Below, in pieces: positions 16,750 to 25,977 of a stretch of DNA of 64,000 nt. How positions within the stretch are numbered: the stretch's first letter is position 1; the number at the start of each line of letters is the position of its first letter. Made by a program: the position numbers and the translations under genes. The notes beneath the pieces were generated by a model, which was not told the DNA's origin, ran no database searches, and saw only the letters and a program-made list of their open reading frames with translations. Origin of the DNA: an uncultured virus (IMG/VR IMGVR_UViG_3300033571_005398) (taxonomy: Duplodnaviria; Heunggongvirae; Uroviricota; Caudoviricetes); the IMG/VR virus record IMGVR_UViG_3300033571_005398, positions 1 through 64,000 of that record, one strand, 5' to 3'.

Positions 16750-17337
16750 CTACTGTATTTGGTCCCTATACTTTGGGTCAGAAACTTGTTCGACAATCGC
16801 CTTTTCTATGGCGTCAATGTGCACGCTTCCAGCCAATCTGGCGAGGGCGTACGCATCGGCCGCGTTGTCGTCGTTAAACTCGATGCCCCACCGCTTGTAA
16901 ATCTGAAGTAGCATCTCTTGCTTCTTGGAGGTGCCCTTACCTGACGCGTACTTCTTTAGTGTCATGGGCGGAATCTGCAATGGTGTACGTAGTTCTGGCT
17001 GATTTCCGTGCATTACCCACAGTGTCAGTTTGACAACAGCAGACAGCTCACCAAGCACCAACGCGGACTGAGACGCCAGAACCGTACCCTCCATGGCAAC
17101 GTCTACAATCTTGTGGCCAGACATCAGCATGAACTTTCCACGCATCCACTGGGATATGTCGTACAGCCTCTGTACGCCGTTGTACGGGGACTTGTACACC
17201 CATGTGTCGTGATGGCTAGGGTCGTCTAAACTGACCGCTGACAGGGCAAATCCGGTAAGTGACTGGTCAATGCCGATGGCAATGAACTTGGTCTTGGATA
17301 CTCCGGGACCAAAGTGCTTTTCTCTACCGGCAGTCAT
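16750..17337 (-). CDS. ruvC: RuvC-like Holliday junction resolvase
   Basis: IGIDQSLTG, VAMEG, LKKYASGKG..KK, DDNAADA. Confidence 0.85.
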   Translation of the reverse strand: MTAGREKHFGPGVSKTKFIAIGIDQSLTGFALSAVSLDDPSHHDTWVYKSPYNGVQRLYDISQWMRGKFMLMSGHKIVDVAMEGTVLASQSALVLGELSAVVKLTLWVMHGNQPELRTPLQIPPMTLKKYASGKGTSKKQEMLLQIYKRWGIEFNDDNAADAYALARLAGSVHIDAIEKAIVEQVSDPKYRDQIQ

Positions 17338-17537
17338 TTGTTTCCTTCTTCTGCAAACTCTGCCAATTGTCTACCTTGTTTTTGGATTAACCTATCTACA
17401 ATTACTGAGAATTGAGCGTCTCCTATTTCGGCAGATATAAACCCTAAAAAGTACGACAACCGTTGAGATTTAGTCCACCCGTCGAAACGCAACTCCAGTG
17501 CTTTGTCGGCAATAAGAAAGTACTTGCGAGCAGTCAT
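17334..17537 (-). CDS. hypothetical protein
   Basis: ATGA coupling. Confidence 0.6.
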   Translation of the reverse strand: MTARKYFLIADKALELRFDGWTKSQRLSYFLGFISAEIGDAQFSVIVDRLIQKQGRQLAEFAEEGNK

Positions 17538-17737
17538 TTGCCTATGATTCCTAACAAATCGTTTATTTCTTTTACCTTATTTTCTCCAGTGATAAGCCCA
17601 ATAATGTGTCGCACGTATGGGTCAGCAATCTCGGGTGCATCCCACACCTCGGCTTCTAGTAGCGCAAGGATGCGTTCCCGCTCTTGCTTTGCGCCAGTTC
17701 GGATGTCGTGCTGGCGAAGAGGGCTTTTCTCCTTCAT
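17534..17737 (-). CDS. small hypothetical protein (ERER-I/L paralog family)
   Basis: GAKQERERILALLE. Confidence 0.65.
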   Translation of the reverse strand: MKEKSPLRQHDIRTGAKQERERILALLEAEVWDAPEIADPYVRHIIGLITGENKVKEINDLLGIIGK

Positions 17738-17747
17738 TTGAGTTCTC

Positions 17748-17861
17748 CTAAAGGTTTAATAAAATAATTACAGCTATTGGTGAAACGATAACCACGATAA
17801 GTATGGTTATCCACCAAGCCCACGCTTCAAATTCATGTATATGTTTTGGGCGTTTTGCCAT
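17748..17861 (-). CDS. 37-aa single-pass membrane peptide (not in ORF track)
   Basis: MAKRPKHIHEFEAWAWWITILIVVIVSPIAVIILLNL fills the gap between genes. Confidence 0.5.
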   Translation of the reverse strand: MAKRPKHIHEFEAWAWWITILIVVIVSPIAVIILLNL

Positions 17862-18030
17862 TAATCAGTTCAATCGCCATTTCAATACCGCGTGCGCGGT
17901 CCATGTCTCCTGCTACATCTTTGACTTCGTCTGACAGCAGTTGGTGCAGACTTGCAAGTATCTTTGCGCGCTCTGCTTTTGCGCCTATTTCCATCCAGTA
18001 AGCGTCTGTAAGTTTACGGTCACCCATCAA
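17833..18030 (-). CDS. small hypothetical protein (ERER-I/L paralog family)
   Basis: IGAKAERAKILASL. Confidence 0.6.
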   Translation of the reverse strand: MMGDRKLTDAYWMEIGAKAERAKILASLHQLLSDEVKDVAGDMDRARGIEMAIELINGKTPKTYT

Positions 18031-18488
18031 ACTCCCCAGTCCTTACGCAAAGCACGTTGGTCACTGCCACGTCGAGTAATCTCACGAGAAACTAAAGACA
18101 GGTCTCTTTCGTGGTTGTTGAGAAGCATCTCCATCAACTTGCGATATGCGTAATTGTCTTCGTATTTTTGAGACAGGCTAACAATTTTATCATCAACAGA
18201 AATCTGTGCTTTGACAAGGGTGATGCGCTCGCCCCGAGCTGCGGAACCCATCTTGGTAACGAGTTGCTTGTTCTCTTCAAAGTCAAGGGCTCGCTGCGCA
18301 GCTCGCTCTTCAATTTGAGCCACGGCCAGTTGAGAGGCAATGTAGTCTGCCCATGCGGTCAACGCGGTAAACTTCTCCGCCAGCTGCTCACTGCTCAGCA
18401 TGGTGATGTCTGGGGGCAGGGTTACTTGCTCTAAAGAAGGCTTGGTAAACACCAGCCCCATTTCTTCAAACTTATCCAAAGCAGACAT
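18027..18488 (-). CDS. coiled-coil protein, possible UvsY-like recombination mediator
   Basis: helical; next to exonuclease and RecA; GAGG SD at MSALDKF. Confidence 0.5.
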   Translation of the reverse strand: MSALDKFEEMGLVFTKPSLEQVTLPPDITMLSSEQLAEKFTALTAWADYIASQLAVAQIEERAAQRALDFEENKQLVTKMGSAARGERITLVKAQISVDDKIVSLSQKYEDNYAYRKLMEMLLNNHERDLSLVSREITRRGSDQRALRKDWGV

Positions 18489-19342
18489 CAGACCTCCTCG
18501 TAGGGAGCGCACTGCTTGCAGGTTCCTCCCAAATTGTTAGAACATACGGGGGCAACTCCAGCGTCGATTGCTTTTAGAACTTTCTCTGCGCCATCAAACA
18601 CATGGCGAACAAGTTCATAGTCTCTTTTTATAGTGAACTCTTTCGAGGACTGGTCGGCCTTGAGTTCGTAGATAAACACAATCTCTTCTACAGGGTTACC
18701 CATTCGACGCATAAGCTCGAGGTACACCTGCCCCTGAAGAATGTGCGGAGAGAACGGGCGACGGACGTTGCCCCATGCCTTCATAAAGTCTCCGCCAGCA
18801 TCCTGCATCAGGCTGGGAGCCTCTACGCGGATGGTGCCCGGACCAATGGACTTAATCTCAATAAGACAATCATCGCCCATACCCTTTAGCCAGCCGTCGG
18901 TGTGGCCTGCAATGCGCAGTTCTTCGTCGCGGAGGGTTACTTCGTTGTAAATCAACTTTGCCCATGGGGCGTCACAGTGCACGCACTCTTTTGGGGAAGT
19001 TCCCAAAGTTACCTTGTCACACACCAAACAAAGAAACTGTCCGTGAAGTACACCCATTTCTTGAAACCAGCGTTGCCACTTAGAGTGAATGGCGTGTCCT
19101 TCATCAAAGATGGACTGAAGTCGAAGAGGAATCTTCTCGTGTACCTTTGGTACACCGTTCAGCAAGAAGTACGAAGCACGCTTACACCAGTCTCGCTTAA
19201 TAATTTCGGAGGGGTGAAGGACGGTGGTAGACCGGTCACCCGGTGGCTTTGCCATAAGGTGGCGCTCAATGTCCCCCATAACTCGAGATGGGCGGGCTTT
19301 TGCGTCTAAGAATTTACGCAAGTCTGACTTTGGCTCTGGCAT
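18488..19342 (-). CDS. Cas4-like PD-(D/E)xK exonuclease
   Basis: HPS...WC.R, GHAIH, GHTDG, IEIKS, QGQVY, C-terminal C..C..C. Confidence 0.8.
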   Translation of the reverse strand: MPEPKSDLRKFLDAKARPSRVMGDIERHLMAKPPGDRSTTVLHPSEIIKRDWCKRASYFLLNGVPKVHEKIPLRLQSIFDEGHAIHSKWQRWFQEMGVLHGQFLCLVCDKVTLGTSPKECVHCDAPWAKLIYNEVTLRDEELRIAGHTDGWLKGMGDDCLIEIKSIGPGTIRVEAPSLMQDAGGDFMKAWGNVRRPFSPHILQGQVYLELMRRMGNPVEEIVFIYELKADQSSKEFTIKRDYELVRHVFDGAEKVLKAIDAGVAPVCSNNLGGTCKQCAPYEEV

Positions 19343-19656
19343 TATTTCCCTCTTTCTGGATTCATGATGTACTCCTGCAAGGTCATTCCTTGTGGAGACT
19401 TCTTCCACTTTCTTACAAGAGCGTTTCTTTCCCTATGGCTCATGCCGCCCCAGATGCCATGAACCTCGTCTGAGTCTATCGCATACCACAAGCACTCTTT
19501 AAGAACTGGGCAGGGGGTGTTCCCATTTGCGCCAAAGCAGTAGGCCTTGGCCTGTGTAGCAATGTCTTTGTACTTATTTTTATCCCTAGGAGGGAAGAAT
19601 AACTCCGTGTCTATTCCAGAACACCGTGCGCGTTCGCGCCACGTTTCATCCTTCAT
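19342..19656 (-). CDS. whiB: WhiB-family transcription factor
   Basis: WRERARC...LFFP...C...CPVLKEC...HGIWGG. Confidence 0.9.
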   Translation of the reverse strand: MKDETWRERARCSGIDTELFFPPRDKNKYKDIATQAKAYCFGANGNTPCPVLKECLWYAIDSDEVHGIWGGMSHRERNALVRKWKKSPQGMTLQEYIMNPERGK

Positions 19657-19960
19657 GCTTGTTCCACATTTCTAGAAAATCAGTTTCCAGAAGGATGACG
19701 TAGTCTTCTCCGTCTAGATGGATGCCAAATACAGGTAACCGACCATCCATGATGGCTTCAAGAGTTATCTTCTTTAATTCAACAGAACTAATTGTTTTAG
19801 TTTTTTTGCCTGTCCACTTATGCTCAATCAACAAATCAGCGTTGCGCACGTCGCCTTTACGGCTCCAAAAAGCACCGGAGGCAGCAGTAGTGCTGCCTCC
19901 GATTGCTTTGGCAATACGTTTCTCGTGCGCCTGTGATTGTTTTTGGCCTTCGCTACGCAA
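19646..19960 (-). CDS. Hjc-type PD-(D/E)xK resolvase-like nuclease
   Basis: HEKRIAK...SGA...KGDV...LIEHK; probable TTG start. Confidence 0.7.
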   Translation of the reverse strand: MRSEGQKQSQAHEKRIAKAIGGSTTAASGAFWSRKGDVRNADLLIEHKWTGKKTKTISSVELKKITLEAIMDGRLPVFGIHLDGEDYVILLETDFLEMWNKHEG

Positions 19961-20192
19961 GCTCAACCTTGCCCTCATCGGCTGCCTTAAGAAGGCGGGG
20001 GGTAAAAAAGAACAGCGTCTCTCGGGTTGTGCAGGTGTTGCAACCACAAAACGGTTCTCCAGAAAGAGTCTCAAAAGGCTCATCATCAGCATCCGCGTCT
20101 AAAGATTCAAAACAAGCCTCCATGTACACCTCGTACTGGAATTCGAGTACCTTTGCCCACTCAACATCGTTGATTACAAAGTCTTTAGTCAT
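19953..20192 (-). CDS. acidic hypothetical protein
   Basis: FCGCNTC. Confidence 0.6.
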   Translation of the reverse strand: MTKDFVINDVEWAKVLEFQYEVYMEACFESLDADADDEPFETLSGEPFCGCNTCTTRETLFFFTPRLLKAADEGKVELA

Positions 20193-21231
20193 TAACTGCC
20201 TCCATAATGCTGTCGGGTGTATCTAGAATTTTTTCACGAAGTTCTTCCATGAAGTCTACCTCTTCACGAATAGAAGATACCAATGCCTCTTGGCCATTCC
20301 ACTTGCGCTCACCGTAGTATATCCAACCGCCCTTGCGGTCTACAATTCCCTTGACAATCACCATTGCCGCAATTTCCTTGGCAAAATCGTAATCACCTGC
20401 GGAGTAGATGCTGTGGTTCTTGAAGTAATAGTCAATGTACGCAACCTGCTGAGGCGGGGCGACCTTGTTCTTTATCGTACGAATCTTGATTCGCTGACCT
20501 ACGCGTACTTTGTTGTTTCCGGAACCCGTCTCAATCCACTCATCGCGACGAATCTCAGAGCGGGTAAAGAAAGCGTAGTCCTTGCCCTGTCCACCGGGTG
20601 TCGTACGAGGGTCGCCGTGCATGACGCCAATCTTCATACGGTACTGATTAATAATAAGTCCCAGAACTGGGCGCTCTTCTTCAATGAGACTGCGCTTCAT
20701 GGCATCCCCCACTACACGGAAGAACTTGTTGGTAAGCAGGGCTCCACGACCAACAGTCATCTCATCCATTGTCTTGTCCATCTCGGGCTGAGGAACCAGC
20801 GCCGGAAGCGAGTCAATAACAATGGCGTCCACTGCTTTGGACTTGGCGAACTCAATGACTGCTTGGTATGCCTCTTCCATAATGTTAGTTTCAACAACAA
20901 TGACGCGGCTGGTGTCGACACCGCACATCGCGGCGTACTCAGGAACCCACTGCTCAGCCGCGACCCACACCGTGGTGTGCTCAGGGTTCAACGCTTGATT
21001 AGCGGCGATGCACTTGAGCGCAATGGCGGTCTTTCCGTGGCTGGCTTCTCCAATGAGTTCGTTCCACTGGTTGCCGGGGAATCCTCCACCGAGAACATAG
21101 TCAAACGTCGTAGACCCTGTTGTAATTTTGGAGATAAGACCCGCACGGATGTCTTCACCAACTACTACAACATTCTCGCCAAACCGCTTATTGATGGCAA
21201 GCATAATCTTTCGTGCTTCAGCGTTAATCAT
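20185..21231 (-). CDS. recA: RecA-like recombinase
   Basis: GEASHGKT, IVIDSL, INQYRMKIGVMHGDP.TTPGG, KNKVAPP. Confidence 0.95.
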   Translation of the reverse strand: MINAEARKIMLAINKRFGENVVVVGEDIRAGLISKITTGSTTFDYVLGGGFPGNQWNELIGEASHGKTAIALKCIAANQALNPEHTTVWVAAEQWVPEYAAMCGVDTSRVIVVETNIMEEAYQAVIEFAKSKAVDAIVIDSLPALVPQPEMDKTMDEMTVGRGALLTNKFFRVVGDAMKRSLIEEERPVLGLIINQYRMKIGVMHGDPRTTPGGQGKDYAFFTRSEIRRDEWIETGSGNNKVRVGQRIKIRTIKNKVAPPQQVAYIDYYFKNHSIYSAGDYDFAKEIAAMVIVKGIVDRKGGWIYYGERKWNGQEALVSSIREEVDFMEELREKILDTPDSIMEAVND

Positions 21232-21631
21232 TGTCATTATCCCTAATCCATTCTCGGTGTCCTCGTGCAATTTCAGAAACCGTAAGCAAAACGCCCTCAC
21301 TTGGGTTGGGCTCGATGTCGCAAGTAATCGGTCGACCGTGATTTTCTACGGTATAAATAAACGACTCGATTGGAACACAGATTAACATGCCATCAAGATT
21401 GTACGTAAAAATCTCTGCCTCGAGCGTCGGGGCGTATACCCCTGAAGCTTCCCATGTTCGAGTTGCGTTTTTCCAGCAACGGGTTTCAACGTAAATATTG
21501 TTGGTGTCTCTCCAACGACGGTCAGTCTTTACTTCACTTTTAAACCCGCCGGTAAAAACCTCTTCAACATACGCTTCGCCGAGTTGACCAAACTTTAAGT
21601 CAATGTCAAAGTTTGAAAATGCCTTACCCAT
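21224..21631 (-). CDS. PD-(D/E)xK-like nuclease-fold protein
   Basis: FDIDLKFGQLGE...EVKTDRRW..TNNIYVE. Confidence 0.55.
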   Translation of the reverse strand: MGKAFSNFDIDLKFGQLGEAYVEEVFTGGFKSEVKTDRRWRDTNNIYVETRCWKNATRTWEASGVYAPTLEAEIFTYNLDGMLICVPIESFIYTVENHGRPITCDIEPNPSEGVLLTVSEIARGHREWIRDNDND

Positions 21632-22008
21632 TATTCGCCAATCCTTCCAATGATGCCTTGGGGGTTCCAGTTACTAACGGGGTTGTTTCCTGCCGCCGAG
21701 CGCGCAGCCCCTTCGACGTGAGCGCCAGCAAGAGAGCCGTAACGAGAGCCAGACTGCTCCAGAGGGTAACCGCAATCAAAACAACGGGGAGCAGTATTAG
21801 CCACTGACATGTAGTTACCAGACCCACAATCAGGACATGAAGCCGTTTGTGCTGCACTTTGGGCCCTTTCACTCGAAGGTCGTTGGAGCTGCGGCATTTG
21901 CGCCATGGGTTGCTGGCTTATGGGCGCTTGGGGAGTTGGGTCTTGCCGGGGTTGTGGTGTTGGAGCCTGTTGACCTAACTTCTTAGCCCACCAGTCTGCG
22001 TTATTCAC
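21631..22008 (-). CDS. Zn-ribbon protein with Pro/Gln linker
   Basis: CPDC...CFDCGYP. Confidence 0.65.
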   Translation of the reverse strand: MNNADWWAKKLGQQAPTPQPRQDPTPQAPISQQPMAQMPQLQRPSSERAQSAAQTASCPDCGSGNYMSVANTAPRCFDCGYPLEQSGSRYGSLAGAHVEGAARSAAGNNPVSNWNPQGIIGRIGE

Positions 22009-22270
22009 TGATTTTTTCTCCTACAACTTTATTGACAAATTGAATGTGCTCCCAATGAGCAGCGATGTCTTCTTCAAAAGTAAAACTATCGATGTTGTAC
22101 TGCTTACCCAGCTCAAGCATTGCAACCAATTCCGGTAGCAATGAGTACAAAAACTTTGCCTCTGAGTACCAGACCATAGCGGGATGTTTGTCTGACATCT
22201 TTTTTAGTTTGGCAATAGCAATGTCAAACTTTTCCTCGTAAGTCATAGTCTTCTTTAACGGTTCTTCCAT
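22001..22270 (-). CDS. hypothetical protein
   Basis: 89 aa overlapping its neighbours. Confidence 0.6.
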   Translation of the reverse strand: MEEPLKKTMTYEEKFDIAIAKLKKMSDKHPAMVWYSEAKFLYSLLPELVAMLELGKQYNIDSFTFEEDIAAHWEHIQFVNKVVGEKISE

Positions 22271-22722
22271 CTTGACTTCCTCTTCTTTTCCGGTTCGAGG
22301 TTAAGGTATCCCATATCCACCATTTGAGATACGGCTCCCATAAGGGTATTCAAAGCAACGTGGGTAAACGCCTTCCGAGTTGCTGCCCAAGCAGCAGCGT
22401 TCATTCCGTTGAGGTCTTCGTCATCGAGTTCGGCTTCAGCGTGGGTGCGCTGGTGGTCTACAACGCCATCAGCCATTGTCTTTGCGTACATGTACATGAT
22501 GGGAATAAGGTGCTCTACACGAGACATCCGGATATTGCTTTCATCGGATTCTTTGTCGGCAACCTCATCGCTAGTTGGTGGGCACCCGAGAAGACCGCTT
22601 ATGTGGTCGGCCTCATTAACTTGGGAATCTAAAATAAACCCTCGGATGCGGGAAGTAATCTCGGTCAAAGAAAAATTAGGAGATGGTGGTCTTCTTCTTA
22701 AGCTCACTTTGCCTCTCCCCAT
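22255..22722 (-). CDS. hypothetical protein (start uncertain)
   Basis: fills the gap after polA. Confidence 0.6.
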   Translation of the reverse strand: MGRGKVSLRRRPPSPNFSLTEITSRIRGFILDSQVNEADHISGLLGCPPTSDEVADKESDESNIRMSRVEHLIPIMYMYAKTMADGVVDHQRTHAEAELDDEDLNGMNAAAWAATRKAFTHVALNTLMGAVSQMVDMGYLNLEPEKKRKSRWKNR

Positions 22723-24707
22723 TTGTCTACAATGTATACTTCTGCCTTTAATGGAAGTGTAATCTCCTTAAGATGTATTCCTTCCATGGACACGCGGATA
22801 GCCTCTGCCGCCTCTTCGGCCCGGTCCTCGGGGCAAATAGTAACCAACTCGTCGTGTACAGTAAGTACAACATTTATATCCGGCTCGTCTATAAAGCAAG
22901 AGTGTGCGCGGGCGATGGCCAACTTCATGATGTCTGCAGCCGAACCTTGGATGACCGTGTTGAAGGCCTGCCGTTCGGCACGCGAGATTAGTCCACGCTC
23001 AGTGGCGGTGGTCAGCTCGGGGATATACCGACGACGTCCGAAGATAGTTTCGACAAAAGGTACTGGAGAACGGTTACGTGCCAGTGCGACTACTCGAGCC
23101 TTGTACAGAGGGATGTTGCGGAACCGCTGCTCAAAGTTTTTAAGCAGGTCACGCGCTTGCGTTACGCTACACCCAATGCTGGAGGCAATCTTGTCTGGGC
23201 CTACGCCGTACGAGATGGCAAGCACAAGCACCTTCCCAGCCTTACGGTCGACTCCCATAGTGTCACCAATGGTGGTGTAGATGTCCCCACCATTAAGGTA
23301 GTTTTCTACCATGATTGGGTCTTGCGAAAATGCGGCAATAACTCGCGGCTCAATCTGCGAGTAGTCGGCAACAATAAGTTTGCACCCCGGAGGAGCAATG
23401 AACAGGTTTCGGATTAACTTGCCGTACTTCCCTGATGAGGGGATGTTTTGCAAGTTGGGCTCACTAGAAGAGAACCGGCCAGTCTCTGCCCCATGAGCTT
23501 TAAAGTTTGTGTGGACACGCCCATTGATGAGAAGGCTCTTACGCTCAGTAATCTTTTCTTTACCGTTAGTGACGTGCTTAACCGAACCGCCTTTGTACGG
23601 AGTAACGTACGTAGTCATCAACTTGTTGAGGTCTTGGTATTCTAAGAGAGCGTCAACAAGAGCGTCCTTACCCCGGTGAAACTCAAGCGCGTCTGCTGAT
23701 ACTGAGAAGTACGCCGGAACCAACTCTTCTCCGGCACGTTTGGCATCCTTGCCCTTTGGTGTAAGCGATGTCGGGATGTTTACGTTTGGTTTAATACGAG
23801 GCTTGTTTCCGTCAATCTCTGTAAACAAAAGACGTTGCTTCTCGGGTATGGAGTTAATCGAGAAAGCCTTGCCAACAATCTTGTAAGCCCGAGCTTCTGC
23901 AGCTTGCTTATCCGCGCTAATCTGCTCCGCCAGAGAATCTAGCTGAGCCTCGTCAATGTAAGCTCCGGCCTGCTCCATGTCGCAGAGGGCCGCAAGGACA
24001 TCCATCTCGAGTTTCCAAACACGGGCCAGTGAACCCACCAATTGTGGGGCAAGCTTTTTGTACAACTTCCACGTAACTTCTGCATCAATGCCGGAGTACT
24101 TCGCAACATCCTCGAAGGAGTGCTCAGCCACGTTGGCTCCTACACCTTTCTCTACATCTATGCTGAGTTCGCGCTTAACACACGCGGCAAGGCCAAGGTT
24201 ATTCTTTGTGAGGTTATTGGCAATAAAGGAGGCCATGAGAGTGTCAAAGAAGGGCTTTGTAGGGACTCGTCCACGGAAATACTTGGCAACAGACTTCAAA
24301 TCAAACTTTACGTTATGACCAATCTTGAGTGCGTCAGAAAACATGAGCGGTTCAATCGCCCGGAATACCTGTGCTGGAGTAAGTTGCGCCGGAGCATCAT
24401 CAAAGACAGGTACCCACAATTTAGAGTTCTTTGAATAGTGCGCGTCAGTTAACGGCTTGCCTGCAGCAATTCGGCGCTTGCCCTCAAGCAAGACGGGCTT
24501 GGTGTGAAACAAGAACGAACCGTTAGGATGTCCCATTGGAATGACGTCTACACGGCCTTCAATGGCAAACGAAATCCAGCACACGTCATTGATGATGGGG
24601 TAGATGCGGTTCTCGCCGATGGTCTCTACGTCAAATGCAAATGCGTCGACCTTTGAATAGGCGTCGACGAATTCCTGCAACTGAGCTTCAGTTGTAATTA
24701 TGTTCAT
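22704..24707 (-). CDS. polA: family A DNA polymerase (3'-5' exonuclease + polymerase, no 5'-3' exonuclease)
   Basis: FDVET, HNVKFD, TGRFSS.EPNLQNIP, ADYSQIE, RKAGKVLVLAISYG, VHDE. Confidence 0.95.
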   Translation of the reverse strand: MNIITTEAQLQEFVDAYSKVDAFAFDVETIGENRIYPIINDVCWISFAIEGRVDVIPMGHPNGSFLFHTKPVLLEGKRRIAAGKPLTDAHYSKNSKLWVPVFDDAPAQLTPAQVFRAIEPLMFSDALKIGHNVKFDLKSVAKYFRGRVPTKPFFDTLMASFIANNLTKNNLGLAACVKRELSIDVEKGVGANVAEHSFEDVAKYSGIDAEVTWKLYKKLAPQLVGSLARVWKLEMDVLAALCDMEQAGAYIDEAQLDSLAEQISADKQAAEARAYKIVGKAFSINSIPEKQRLLFTEIDGNKPRIKPNVNIPTSLTPKGKDAKRAGEELVPAYFSVSADALEFHRGKDALVDALLEYQDLNKLMTTYVTPYKGGSVKHVTNGKEKITERKSLLINGRVHTNFKAHGAETGRFSSSEPNLQNIPSSGKYGKLIRNLFIAPPGCKLIVADYSQIEPRVIAAFSQDPIMVENYLNGGDIYTTIGDTMGVDRKAGKVLVLAISYGVGPDKIASSIGCSVTQARDLLKNFEQRFRNIPLYKARVVALARNRSPVPFVETIFGRRRYIPELTTATERGLISRAERQAFNTVIQGSAADIMKLAIARAHSCFIDEPDINVVLTVHDELVTICPEDRAEEAAEAIRVSMEGIHLKEITLPLKAEVYIVDKWGEAK

Positions 24708-24730
24708 ACCATCCCCTCAGATGATGAAGG

Positions 24731-24770
24731 GGGGGCTGAGATGAAGAAAGGATAAGACATCTCAGCCCCC
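24731..24770 (-). terminator. 13-bp hairpin between SSB and polA
   Basis: GGGGGCTGAGATG/CATCTCAGCCCCC. Confidence 0.55.
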
Positions 24771-24780
24771 GTGGAGTGGG

Positions 24781-25446
24781 TTAGCTTACGAGCGAACGCG
24801 CAATCTGAAGCAGTTCTTCGCGAGGGGTTACGTAGACTGTTTCAGGGCCGTACATTACGGCTTCCTGCGCGAGCGCATCGAGCTTCTCAGCATCGAGCTC
24901 CCACTCATCGGCAAGGTCGGTCGCACGTACACGCTCAAGGCCGTACGTGGTCTGGGGCCCGGTTCCCTGCCGAGAGATTGACCAGTAGTACTTGCTCAAA
25001 GGACCGCGACGAGCGTCGTCGTTTGCAGCACGGAGCTGACGAGCGAACATCGGCGGAGCAGTGAGAATCTGGACAGTTGGATTCTCGTCACTTACAACGA
25101 GAACGTTAAAGGCGAACTTGCCACGAGGCTTGTCGCCAAGGATGTCGCACAACGGGCACTGGTCGCCGAGGCAAACGAACGAACGCTTTCCCTCAGTGCG
25201 GTCAAGCCAGTGCTGGTAGTACACAGAGAACGGCTCGTTCTCAAGGAAACGGACCAACTGGGCCGAGTCGCTGAAACGGAAATCGTTCGGGTAGTCTCCC
25301 TTGTCCCGCGCGGGCTTCAGAAGAGCGTCGGCTGCTCCCCATCCAGACTGGACGGAAGTGCCGTGCTTGGGAGCCGCGTCAGGCGCGTCCTCCGCAAGGG
25401 CGATGGGGATGTCGTAATCTGTGGCATCCATGGTGGGGTTCTGCAT
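24781..25446 (-). CDS. ssDNA-binding protein (gp32-like, Zn-binding)
   Basis: VRFL...QHW...FVC..CPLC...FNV...ISRQGTG..TTY; replication context. Confidence 0.7.
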   Translation of the reverse strand: MQNPTMDATDYDIPIALAEDAPDAAPKHGTSVQSGWGAADALLKPARDKGDYPNDFRFSDSAQLVRFLENEPFSVYYQHWLDRTEGKRSFVCLGDQCPLCDILGDKPRGKFAFNVLVVSDENPTVQILTAPPMFARQLRAANDDARRGPLSKYYWSISRQGTGPQTTYGLERVRATDLADEWELDAEKLDALAQEAVMYGPETVYVTPREELLQIARSLVS

Positions 25447-25494
25447 TTTGTTCCTTTGGTAATGAGGCTTACGCACTCGGTTGGATGTGAGGCA

Positions 25495-25977
25495 TTACTG
25501 CTCTCGGTGCACGGACTCTTTCCAGCGACGCACTAGCGTCTCAGTCAAGTCCCCGTGTTGACTCCACTCTATACGAGAAGAGCCAAGAAGTCCACGTCGG
25601 TTAAACTCTTCAATGGCAATTTCAATCAGGTCACGAGTATACACGCGATTCCCGTTTACCTTTTTACCTTGAAGCGTCTTTGAACGCAAACGATAAGGAG
25701 CGATAGGGATATACCCCTTATTCTCCCACAAGCGGATTGTGACAATCTTTTTCTCCAACGCGTGTGCTAACGCGCCGATGGTAAAGATTTCAGTCTCCAC
25801 TCCTTGAAGAACCTTGATGGTAGGACGTTCATCCCAACCGTTTGATTCTCCGTAGGCTTTTGCCCGTCGACGGTCTGCAGCTTCAGTGCTGCTTCGTCGA
25901 GGTTTCTTTGACCCCGGAACCTTGTCAAGACCCTCAAATGCTTTGAGAATCTCTTCTTCGCTACGTAAGCCAGCCAT
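25495..25977 (-). CDS. MerR-like HTH DNA-binding protein
   Basis: FTIGALAHAL...TIRLWENKGYIP...RVYT. Confidence 0.7.
   Translation of the reverse strand: MAGLRSEEEILKAFEGLDKVPGSKKPRRSSTEAADRRRAKAYGESNGWDERPTIKVLQGVETEIFTIGALAHALEKKIVTIRLWENKGYIPIAPYRLRSKTLQGKKVNGNRVYTRDLIEIAIEEFNRRGLLGSSRIEWSQHGDLTETLVRRWKESVHREQ

Noticed and set aside
18488..19342. Cas4-like gene as evidence of CRISPR-Cas
   Set aside because: Solo Cas4-like exonucleases are common in phage recombination modules; no array or other cas genes are present
20290..21246. Long + strand ORFs opposite recA (also 7242-8165, 15050-15715, 49192-49914, 58636-59319)
   Set aside because: Antisense shadows of well-supported genes caused by codon bias; no recognisable motifs
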